Below, piece by piece: positions 10,974 through 22,159 of a DNA stretch of 64,000 nt (its first letter is position 1; each line of letters opens with the position of its first letter). The notes beneath the pieces were generated by a model. That model made no database searches, was not told the origin of the DNA, and saw only the letters and a program-made list of their open reading frames with translations. The translations under genes and the position numbers were made by a program. Origin of the DNA: Macrostomum lignano (taxonomy: Eukaryota); NCBI GenBank assembly GCA_002269645.1, contig NIVC01001122.1, positions 310,001 to 374,000 of the forward strand, read 5' to 3'.

Positions 10974-11524
10974 AGAGAGAGCGGACTAGGACTTTCCCGC
11001 TACAGCTGGCCCCTATGTACATTTGGGCTCTGGTGGAGAGAGCTGTGAATGTACATCTGTATAATGGGGTGGGTTAGGGGGTTTGTCGGGTTAACATGTG
11101 TACATTGGGGCAGAGGTTGGGCGCAGAGTGTGAATGCATTTAGGCTATCATAGAATTTTCCGTTTCGCTTGTAAAATCATCAGGATGTCTAAACTCTTGT
11201 ATGAGTACCTTCGAGTGTAACACGGGCCCTGCTCCATCGCTTTGATTTAAACATCGCGTTCAAATGACCTCCGAAAGGTGGTTTTGTCATGCCGTTTAAA
11301 ACTAAATTATTCAGAGTTACCGACAGCTGCAAAGAAGCCCTTTGAATGCTAATGAAACAGACAGATCCTCAATTGAATAGAGAGAATTTTCATTTGCATT
11401 TGTACTCTATGGCACGTCATTTCGAAGTCATTTATAATTAACCATCAATAGTTCAGCCGCAACTTGTACTTCAAGATTGTGACTGTAAGATTTTCTAGAT
11501 TTTACTAGGTTTACATATATTAGT

Positions 11525-11883
11525 ATAAGATATTCTATGGGTTTGAGGTCGGTATGTGATTTTCGGCTCTCGGGATTTAAGTGAAATACCGACCGAAAAA
11601 TCCATAGAATATCTTATTTAAACTACTTTAATTTTGCGGGATGTATTCAGATAAATCCCGGAGCCATACTTGTATGTCTATGGTTGAAGTTGGGGATGGG
11701 GGTGTGGGGCGAAGCCCCTGCTGGGGGTGTGGGGGCGAAGCCCCCACATTCTTACCATAGACAAAATTTCATTAAGAAATTTCCCGAGTCACGAAGGAAG
11801 AGAAGAGAGAAGCTCGCTTATTTAGATACATACAATAATCCTTGCAATATGTCAGGGAAAGTGATCGATTAAATCCCGCAAAA
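11525..11883. other. Multi-palindromic element, probably a non-autonomous transposon
   Basis: Several nested inverted repeats and two GGGGC-GAA-GCCCC hairpins (see findings). Confidence 0.5.
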
Positions 11884-13009
11884 CAAAATCTATGTCAATA
11901 ACCTCCCTGAAAGTGAGCTTTAAAGTGGTTTAGTATATATTTTCACTTAAACAAAATCAAGCCTTTGAATATGTTTACCAAGAAAAGCTTTAGCGGTCCT
12001 ATTGGCTCCAACATAGAGGAGCGCTTATGCGAGCTATATTTAACCGAAGTACAAAGACGCTTTAGTCGGCTTTCTTAGAAATCACCTGGAGGGCCAGTAC
12101 ATTTACGTAGTATGCTGTCGAGAACGCATAACGTTGAATGAGGTTTCACAGAGAAAAATATTGTTATAAATTCCGTAAATTAGTTCTGTAAACAACTATA
12201 CGATTAATAAAAATAATAGCGTACTCGAATATGTACTACAATTATGTTAATTACAATAGCAAGTACTGCCTGTCATTCAAATTTGGGGGCAATGCAGATT
12301 AATAAATTAGCTAGCTGGACAATATGAACTACACGAGTTAAATCAATAATATAAATTACAATGACAAGCGGATAGCAGATAAGCGTCATTCAAAACACAC
12401 TGGGATTATCTAGCTGCATGTTACATTCTTTCAATACTAATCAATGCAAAACAACATTTCTCACACAACTGCACAGTATATAGTACAAGCAATAAATTAA
12501 ATGATGAAAACTGACACTGCATTCACAACCCTGTTTCCGGGGATCCACGGGTTCCGATAAGGGGAAGTCACCTGTCAAAGTTCAGCAGAACGCGATTGAG
12601 TCCACAGCTGAGGGCACGCTCATAGATTCCACTAAGAAGTTTGCGTGTGCACCCCGTGAGAAGACTGCAAGTCCTCATAAAAAGTACATTTCTTGAACTC
12701 AATATAGGGCTTCTATTAAGTCAGGTGAGAAAGGAGAACTTTATGAAAGAGCAGGCAAGGGAAGCAAGAAAAACCAAAGCGGCATGGATTATTTCGGGTG
12801 AAAATATTGCTCGATAAAAAATAAAACATTTTCATTTAGCGACTGTACAGAAGGGCAGAGTTGCCCGTTGCTTTTCAAGCAGTAGAAGTTTCTGGGGTGA
12901 CAGCGCGTCAACTGCTTGAATCTGCAGATCCTTATAAATATTCATATCTAGCTGTGGTATGACTGTAGAACCGTCTCCTGAGACCCTAATATGCATCGTC
13001 CTTCGTTCA

Positions 13010-14049
13010 TCAGTTCCCGTCCATCATCGGGGTCTCCTCAACCAAAGCAACCGGTGGGTCCACAGCGCCCGCGGCACCTGCCGCCGCTTCGTTTCCCTGA
13101 GCGTCGTCGGCAGTCGGTCGGCGCCGCCTCCTCACACTTTGGTTGGCGTCGCGGCCTCCGTCTCCGCCGCCGCAGCCGCCGCAGCCGACCAAGCTAGCGA
13201 AAGTGCGGCGGAACTGCGCCGACATCATGGTGTAGATGACGAAGTTCAGCGGATACGTGACCAGGATGGTGAAGTTGATGATCGGCACGGCGTAGCCAAT
13301 CACAACATCGACACTGTCCAGGTGTCCCTCCATAGCCAGCAGGTAGAGCGTCATCACCACCGTCATCGGCAGCTCAACAACCAGGAACAGTCCGACAACC
13401 AAAGTCAGCATCGCCGTTGTCGTCGTCCCGGCATCCTCTCGTCGTCTTTTCCGACGTTTAGTCGACGCGCCGACGACGCTACCGCCGGCGTTGTTGGCTC
13501 GGACGCTGGCCGCGGCTGGCCGGCCCAGCAAACTCTTGCGTCTCCGCGTGGCCTGCCCGAGGCCCTTGATGAGCAGCGCGGTGAACACGAGCAGCAGCAC
13601 CGAGGGCAGCAGGTTCACCAGCACGATGCGGGCGTAGATGACGGCTTTGAAAGCGGATTTCTCTCGCTCCAGATTGCAGGAGACAACCAGGCGAGTGGAG
13701 GCCGACGATTCTGCATCGCTGGCAAGGGTGGACGCAGCCCATTTGTGCGGCCCGTCAATGTAGTACCAGGCGCACATGACCAGGGTCGCGGTGCTGAATA
13801 AGCCGATCGTGATGCACACGGATGCTCGATTGGTGCAGAGCCGCTGCACGCGCACGGGGAAGTTGATGTAGATCCAGCGCTGGATCGCCAGGGCCACCGT
13901 CAGCCAGATTGACGTTGTGTGGAAGATTGTCGGCAGAGCGTTCGACGCTGCCACGGCCAGGTTGGCGGCGAGCGGACTGCTGCACAGCTGGGCGATGGTC
14001 CAGTCACGGGCGAACTCGGACACCAGGTACCACGGCAGGGGGAACAGGC
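13010..14049 (-). CDS. GPCR exon 2 (TM2 end to C-terminus)
   Basis: Acceptor CCGCCAG|GCCTG on the minus strand; ORF 13010-14023. Confidence 0.9.
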
Positions 14050-14108
14050 CTGGCGGTGCGGGATTCGGGGCGTCTGTCTGTCCGTGTGTCTGTGTCTGTC
14101 TGTGTGTG

Positions 14109-14199
<91 letters not shown>

Positions 14200-14212
14200 C
14201 TGCCTGCCTGCC

Positions 14213-14257
<45 letters not shown>

Positions 14258-14296
14258 GCCTGTCTGTCTGTCTGTCTGTCTGTCTGCCTGCCTGCC

Positions 14297-14359
<63 letters not shown>

Positions 14360-17300
14360 CTGTGTATGTAAAAAAACTGGGAAAATTCTTTGCTGTAAAG
14401 TACAACCAGTGGCTCTACAAAGACATGCTCATTAAAGCCGACTAAAAAGAATTTAACCGTTAAGCCAAAACAGGCTCACAGGAGCAGTTCAGGCACACAC
14501 TGAGTGAGACCCTAGTCAATAATTTAGCAAGCTGCAGCTGCGCTGGCATTGAACACGGGGCCTCATCAAATAGACAGCTGGCCCAAAGGAACGCCAAGCC
14601 AGAAGCCTGCAGTGCCAGCAAAGCTCCAACAGTCAGGCGGGCGTTTAAAAATACAAGGCTGTATAACCTGGAATTTAATTGCCTTCATTCGTAGTCCCGC
14701 GTAAATGACTTTCTTGCAAAAAAGGCTTAAGTGGCTTTGACCGATGCTTCCAAGTCAAATCCTTTAGCGCTGCTCAGGGCTGAGGGTGTTTCACGCTATT
14801 CGATGTTAGCTAGAGAGGGTAGAGAAGGGGAAGAGAACCTCCGCTGACAAGCACTGACACGGTAAAGAGATGATGTAAGGTATTTTTACCGAGACTTTGG
14901 AATTTTGAAAAAAATTCCTCAAGGAAAAATACAGGAGAGAGTGAGAGAGGGAAGAGAGAGGGAGAGAGGGAGAGAGAATGAGAGAGGGAGAGAGAATGAG
15001 AGAGGGAGAGAGAATGAGAGAGGGAGAGAGTGAGAGTGGGAGAGAGTGAGAGAGGGGAGAGGGAATGAGAGAGGGAGAGAGTGAGAGGGGGAGAGAGTGA
15101 AAGAGGGGAGAGAGAGTGAGGGAGGGGAGAGAGTGAGAGAGGGAGAGAGTGAGAGAGGGAGAGAGTGAAAGAGGGGAGAGAGAGTGAAGGAGGGGAGAGA
15201 GAGTGAGAAAGGGGAGAGAGAGTGAGAGGGGAGAGAGAGTGCGAGAGGGAGAGAGTGAGGGAGGGGAGAGAGAGTGAGAGAGGGAGAGAGTGAGGGAGGG
15301 GAGAGAGAGTGAGAGAGGGAGAGAGTGAGGGAGGGGAGAGAGAGTGAGAGAGGGAGAGAGTGAGGGAGGGGAAAGAGAGTGAGAGAGGAGGGAGAGAGTG
15401 AGAGGGGAGAGAGAGTGAGAGAGGGAGAGAGAGTGAGAGAGGGGAGAGAGAGTGAGAGAGGCGAGAGCGAGGAAGGGAGAGAGAGGAGAATATGATAAAT
15501 AAGACTAGAAATTGCAAAAAGGCTGCTAGAAATGAGCTGCATGTATAGGAAAACACTTCGCTTAGTGTGGTATTAAAAGCATAAGAAAGCTTATCAAAAC
15601 AGTGCAAAATTTATGGAAGCTAATCGCATCGTGGAAACTCAATGGAAGCTAATCGGAACTATGGAAACTAAAAGCCACTCAGCACTTCAGCGTCTCTGTG
15701 GGTCCAGCTTTAAAGCAGGTTGATGCTAGAGAGGCTGGAGTCATTGCTAAATTAAATTTTCGCATATCGTTAACTCGACTTGTTTTCCTTACAACTCCTG
15801 GGTCTCTTTGAAGCCTTTAAACTATTGTATATAGGCCTTGACGTGAGCATGACACTTCTCGATCCTGGGGTGTATGAGCTAACATGGAGACTAGTTTGAG
15901 CAGCTTTGGGAAAACTACTATAGGATTTCCTGATGCGGAAGAGTCTGACTCTTTCTCAGTTTGAGGAATTACTTCTTTTTCTGTGCGGGCTGTGCAGATT
16001 CTCGGATCGATTGGCAGACGCTCTTCAAGCATTCGCGTAGCCCATTGTCTGTCACTGTCTCTGTGAACCTTCTCGTTTTGATCGATGACTTGACCCTCCT
16101 TATTTTGCCTCATTAAGCCCGATTTTGTTTCATTTCTCTTCACCGTGGCTCTCAGTATCTTCTTTCTAGGGGGTCGCCTGTCAACAGAATTTCGGGCTCT
16201 CTTCATGTAGACTTCCTTTAGCCACAAACTGTGTTTGCGAGTCAACAGGATATAAGAAAAAGTCTAGCAACCTGTGCAATAACAGTCAGGATGTTTTTTG
16301 CTGTTTTGATACTGTCGGCTTAACTTTTCTGTTGCTTTAGCTGTTGCAGCCTTTTATTTTAATTAAAATGTTGAAAACACGTGATGAAACTGATTCACGA
16401 GAATAGATATTGTTGTGCCGGGATGCACTTGCACTGGTGAGCGATCTTGGACTCTCAGGCAGGTGGGCCCGGCGCTGCACTTTTACCCCCCCCCCTAAAG
16501 TGTTTGTGCCCTTTTTCTGCCTATGCCAAACCCCCGTGCAGTTGTTTTCGCCCCCGTTCCAGGGTGTGTACATCCCCCCCCCTCCTGCCCCGCGTTATCT
16601 GCGCCAACCCCCCATTCTTTTGATTGGCTGATTTGGCTGATTTGGACCCCTCTGGCGTGTCGCGATTGGTTTGGAGTGGATTGTTTGTGCTAATGCTGTC
16701 TGGCGTGGGACCCTAGGGCTTACGCCAGCCAGTCTAAATATAATGAGAATCGCTGGCGGTGAGCAGGGGGCGCGCGGTCTTGCAACTTAAACTAGACCTT
16801 TAAACAGAATACTGACTACCGAAAACTATCTACTTAATTGATGTAATCACGCTCTGGTCGCGGGATATGGCAAGGGAAATTTTTCGAAAGTACCTCCAAT
16901 CACCGTGCATCCTCCTGAGCAGAGCCGTCGAGACTGGGCCAGGTCTCTGACCAGGTCTCTGACCAGGTCTCTGACCAGGTCTGCTGACTCCCGCTCTGCT
17001 GCACCTCCTGCTGCCTCGACTCCGTCTCCCACGCAGCCACACATGCCTTTCCGGAGCCCCTGTCTCTCTCTATACCTCCCCCGCTACTCTATCTCCTATG
17101 CGCTCTACCCTATGCATTGTGTACTTTTCCCAATCCCCCTCTTTTTTGTATTTTTTCACTGTTTTCCTGCGCTGTTCCCCCTCTTTTGGTACCTACTTAC
17201 AGTACTTTGTGCGCTCACCGTCACCCCATCCCTTTTTGGGAAGTTTAGGGACGGACTGTCGACGCTTCTTGACGCGACCTCCGCTCAGAACCGAAGCTCA

Positions 17301-19407
17301 GTCCGGCCAGCGGACTGAAGCTAACTCGAGCTCGCCCGCTGGGAGTTCTCTTAATTCAATCAGACGGCCCGACACAACAATATTGTCAATCGTAGAGCTT
17401 CTGTCGAATGAATTTACAGGCTTTTAGATTGGCCCAGGTGCGTATTCTATAGTAGAGAGTGGCTTGTTGAGCGAGTGTACATTCTGGGGTATGGAGGAGT
17501 GGCTTGTTGAGCGAGTGTACAGTCTGGGGTAGAGAGTGGCTTGTAGGTCGAGTGTACATTCTGGGGTAGGGAGGAGTGGCTTGTCGAACGAGTGTAGATT
17601 CTGGGGTAGGGAGGAGTGGCTTATCGAACGAGTGTACATTCTTGGGTATGGAGGAGCGGCTTGTCGAGTGAGTGTACATTCTGGGATAGGGAGGAGTGAC
17701 TTGTCGAACGAGTGTACATTCTGGGGTAGGGAGTGGCTTGTCGAGCGAGTGTACGTTCTGGGGTATGGACGAGTGGCTTGTCGAACAAGTGTACATTCTG
17801 GGGTAGAGAGTGGCTTGCCGGGCGAGTGTACATTCTGGGGTAGGGAGTAGCTTGTCGAACGAGTGTACATTCTGGGGTAGGGAGTGGCTTGTCGAGCGAG
17901 TGTACATTCTGGGGTAGGGAGTGGCTTGTCGAGCGAGTGTACATTCTGGAGAATAGAGAGATTAGGGGCATATTCAAAACTGAGAAATTCTGTGGGTTAG
18001 CAGGCAGGAATCACTAGTATAGTATATTCCTACTATATCAAATTGGCACTGCCAAAAAGGAAGTACTTTTCCTATTCATTCGTGACCGCATACGAATTTC
18101 TAAATCTCTGCTTCAATTCACTTGCTAGTAGATTTTTTCTTTTCAGCAAAATAGTATCCTCTTTCACTGGCCGATTTGGATTCGAAATGCTCCTGGAATT
18201 TGAGTGAATTCTGACATTCAGTTGCACGCGCTGTCAACTCTCATTGGTGAAGAGTGAGCGAAAGACGGAACTACCGAACGATACAGTTCTTGACTGGAAT
18301 TCAAAGAAAACTTCAAATTTTCCGTGGCACGGGGTGAAGTGCAGCTGGCAGTGTTGGTTCAGGGAATGAAAAAAGAAGGGAACAGAAAGAAAAATGAGGA
18401 AAGCGCAGAGGTTGTCTATTTTTCTTGTCAAATAGGTCAGCCACTTTTACCTGAATCCGCTAGAAGGAGCTAGCTCTGATTCCACTCAGTCTTAAGTTTT
18501 TTCATGACTCGATTATGGGGCGAATACATAGGTTGCAGACCAATCTACTTTTATCTATGGCTGAAAACAGCTCTGTTTGTCCATGGCTGTAAACCATTAG
18601 TCTATGGCTGTAAACCATTAGTCTATGGCTGTAAACCATTAGTCTATGGCTGTAAACCATTAGTCTATGGCTGTAAACCATTAGTCTATGGCTGTAAACC
18701 ATTTGTCTATGGCTGTAAACCATTAGTCTATGGCTGTAAACCATTTGTCTATGGCTGTAAACCATTAGTCTATGGCTGTAAACCATTTGTCTATGGCTGT
18801 AAACCATTAGTCTATGGCTGTAAACCATTTGTCTATGGCTGTAAACCATTTGTCTATGGCTGTAAACCATTAGTCTATGGCTGTAAACCATTTGTCTATG
18901 GCTGTAAACCATTTGTCTATGGCTGTAAACCATTAGTCTATGGCTGTAAACCATTTGTCTATGGCTGTAAACCATTAGTCTATGGCTGTAAACCATTTGT
19001 CTATGGCTGTAAACCATTAGTCTATGACTGTAAACCATCTGTCTATGACTGTAAACCACCCCAGCCTCACCAGTAAGCATATCCATCAGCGCCATCGCCA
19101 GCAGGATAATATTTGTCGGCGACACCATGTGCTTCCTTGTGAGCACTACACAGATAGTAATATTGGTGAGCACAGTAAGCACAATCACTGGCGGGGCCAG
19201 ATAGCGGGTTAGCAGCACTCTGAGCACGTCTCGATTGGTTCGATTCTGCCAGGCCGAACCGCGCGGCAGCTCGTGCTCAAGAGTGCAAAAGTCCACGGCG
19301 GAAATGTTCACAACCTGCTCAGAGCCCAGAGTCCACACTCGATACTCGGGCAGCTCCTCGTCTCCTAGAGAGTCCAGGCAAGCGCAGACTGGATGGCAGT
19401 GGGTCAT
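13010..19407 (-). CDS. Class A neuropeptide GPCR, sex-peptide/MIP/FMRFamide-like receptor group; complement(join(13010..14049,19071..19407)), about 458 aa
   Basis: TM1-2 [40 protein letters not shown]; spliced junction G|GC LFPLPWY; TM3 [23 protein letters not shown]; TM6 LFLVVELP; TM7 [19 protein letters not shown]. The phase-1 GT-AG intron restores the frame. Confidence 0.9.
14072..14365. repeat. (TCTG)n microsatellite next to the GPCR acceptor
   Basis: Tetranucleotide run with CCTG variants. Confidence 0.97.
14935..15490. repeat. GA-rich degenerate minisatellite
   Basis: GAGAGAGT/GAGGG units. Confidence 0.9.
15817..16245 (-). pseudogene. Decayed non-LTR retrotransposon ORF2 fragment (linker / RT domain 0)
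   Basis: [18 protein letters not shown] and [23 protein letters not shown] resemble the LINE motifs KDGxxIxD..W..F.E and T.EEV...K.PGPDGIPAELLK. Judged by eye only. Confidence 0.45.
17440..17955. repeat. 37-40 bp minisatellite (GAGTGGCTTGTCGAACGAGTGTACATTCTGGGGTAGG)
   Basis: About 13 tandem units in the GPCR intron. Confidence 0.92.
18575..19060. repeat. 21-bp minisatellite (GGCTGTAAACCATTAGTCTAT) starting beside the GPCR donor site
   Basis: About 23 units. Confidence 0.95.
19071..19407 (-). CDS. GPCR exon 1 (N-terminus, TM1, TM2)
   Basis: ATG at 19407. Donor ACT G|GTGAGG at 19071/19070. A further upstream exon cannot be excluded. Confidence 0.85.
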
Positions 19408-19602
19408 ACTTCTGCTTCTTCTGCTTCTTCTTCTTGTGTCCGCAGCCTTTTTTCCGGCTCTTCTACACTTTGAGGTTTCTTCTGCGGAAGAGAAGAGTGA
19501 TCATAAAATCTGTAAATTACCTGATGGTTACCTGGTAAACCAACAGGCAATGGTGCTGTATAATAACAGGTAGTAATAGTTTTTAACAGGGAACTTTTGC
19601 CT

Positions 19603-21265
19603 AACAGGTGATGCCCCAGTCTAACAGGTGATGCCCCAGTCTAACAGGTGATGCCCCAGTCTAACAGGTGATGCCCCAGTCTAACAGGTGATGCCCCAGT
19701 CTAACAGGTGATGCCCCAGTCTAACAGGTGATGCCCCAGTCTAACAGGTAATGCTCCAGTCTAACAGGTGATGCATCAATCTAACAGGTGATGCCCCAGT
19801 CTAACAGGTAATGCTCCAGTCTAACAGTTGATGCCCCAGTCTAACAGGTGATGCATCAATCTAACAGGTGATGCCCCAGTCTAACAGGTGATGCCCCAGT
19901 CTAACAGGTGATGTCCCAGTCTAACAGGTAATGCTCCAGTCTAACAGGTAATGCCCCAGTTTAACAGGTGATGCCCCAGTCTAACAGGTAATGCTCCAGT
20001 TTAACAGGTGATGTCCCAGTCTAACAGGTAATGCTCCAGTCTAACAGGTAATGCTCCAGTCTAATAGTTGATGCCCCAGTCTAACAGGTGATGTCCCAGT
20101 CTAACAGGTGATGCCCCAGTCTAACAGTTGATGCCCCAGTCTAACAGGTAATGCCCCAGTCTAACAGGTGATGCCCCAGTCTAACAGGTGATGCCCCAGT
20201 CTAACAGGTAATGCCCCAGTCTAACAGGTGATGCCCCAGTCTAACAGGTGATGCCCCAGTCTAACAGGTGATGCCCCAGTCTAACAGGTGATGCCCCAGT
20301 CTAACAGGTGATGCCCCAGTCTAACAGGTGATGCCCCAGTCTAACAGGTGATGTCCCAGTCTAACAGGTGATGTCCCAGTCTAACAGGTGATGCCCCAGT
20401 CTAACAGGTGATGCCCCAGTCTAACAGGTGATGTCCCAATCTAACAGGTGATGCCCCAGTCTAACAGGTGATGCACCAATCTAACAGGTGATGCCCCAGT
20501 CTAACAGGTGATGCCCCAGTCTAACAGGTGATGTCCCAGTCTAACAGGTGATGTCCCAGTCTAACAGGTGATGCCCCAGTCTAACAGGTAATGCTCCAGT
20601 CTAACAGGTGATGCCCCAGTCTAACAGGTAATGCTCCAGTCTAACAGGTGATGCCCCAGTCTAACAGGTAATGCTCCAGTCTAACAGGTGATGTCCCAGT
20701 CTAACAGGTGATGCCCCAGTCTAACAGGTAATGCTCCAGTCTAACAGGTAATGCCCCAGTCTAACAGGTGATGTCCCAGTCTAACAGGTGATGCCCCAGT
20801 CTAACAGGTGATGCCCCAGTCTAACAGGTGATGCCCCAGTATAACAGGTGATGCCTCAGTCTAACAGGTGATGCCCCAGTCTAACAGGTGATGCCCCAGT
20901 CTAACAGGTAATGCCCCAGTCTAACAGGTGATGCCCCAGTCTAACAGGTGATGCCCCAGTCTAACAGGTAATGCCCCAGTCTAACAGGTGATGCCCCAGT
21001 CTAACAGGTAATGCTCCAGTCTAACAGGTGATGCCCCAGTCTAACAGGTAATGCTCCAGTCTAACAGGTGATGCCCCAGTCTAACAGGTGATGCCCCAGT
21101 CTAACAGGTGATGCCCCAGTCTAACAGGTGATGCCCCAGTCTAACAGGTAATGCCCCAGTCTAACAGGTGATGCCCCAGTCTAACAGGTAATGCCCCAGT
21201 CTAACAGGTGATGCATCAATCTAACAGGTGATGCCCCAGTCTAACAGGTGATGCACCAATCTAAC
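19603..21265. repeat. 20-bp minisatellite CTAACAGGTGATGCCCCAGT (about 83 units)
   Basis: Units are in register with the 60-nt sequence lines. Confidence 0.98.
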
Positions 21266-22159
21266 GGACAGTTTTATCTTTATCAAGAAACTACATAAGG
21301 TATGCGGTAAAATTCCTGCTTTCAATTGATTTATTGAGGCGCATTGCTAGATGACAAAAAACCGGTTTGAAAATCGATTTCTGACCTGGCTCAGACAGAG
21401 GATTGATCACTGAATTAGAAGCAGAGCTTGGGTTTCGCTCCAGTGAATCGATGCGTGAAACTGGAACCTCCCTTAGTTGAAGTCACTAATCACCTGTGCA
21501 GAATACTGTGGGATATTCTTCCTGCTCTATACTTGAAATTCTCATTCTTCAATGAAGTGGGAAGATTCTAGTGGGGTTGGGCATTGGGAACTGCCCCCCA
21601 TGTGTTGCTATGCAGAGGCATGCGCTCAGGTGAGCTGCACTGTTAATATTATACTGGGATTGGGGGAATACTTTGACAGCTTGAGCAAGAAAAGAAGGGA
21701 GAGAGAGTCAGGATCAGACCAAAGTGAGGGTTTCCCCACAGCCCAAAAATATCAATCACTTTTGTCATTCTCTATCCAGACCTGCTGCTCAACCCGCCGC
21801 TAATATCGGCTGGAGACCAGGTATTGAACCAGGAGAGCCATTAATTATGCTCAGAATAGAGAAGGGGCAACCCGGGAGAAACTGAGATCATACGTAATAA
21901 AGCGGCTTTGAGCACCCGGACTCTCTTCTTCGTACTGGGATATCTTTTTAGAGGCTGAAAGGGCCGCTGATTTCTATGCAGCTTGTCCTCACGTGACCCT
22001 CCTCGCCTGCTCAACTCTGGAACCCCAGGCTCAAGGGAATATGATTCGGGTCAGAAAATATTAGGGAAAACAAGATGGCACATCTCATATCTAATAGCGG
22101 CCCACTGTGACTCGTGACTGCATCAATGCAACCTGCGCTATGCGCGACAAAGCCTAGAT

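Noticed and set aside
320-12922. 15-bp inverted match ATTCAAGCAGTTGAC (320) / GTCAACTGCTTGAAT (about 12908)
   Set aside because: An isolated match of this length is expected by chance in a 64-kb self-comparison.
12959-13801. 280-aa plus-strand ORF, and other antisense ORFs (47160-47861, 52783-53400, 59651-60178)
   Set aside because: Shadows of GC-rich exons on the opposite strand, with no independent motifs.
14535-14610. Third tRNA-like head on the minus strand (TGGCTTGGCG..GTGTTCAAT)
   Set aside because: Too degenerate to assign.
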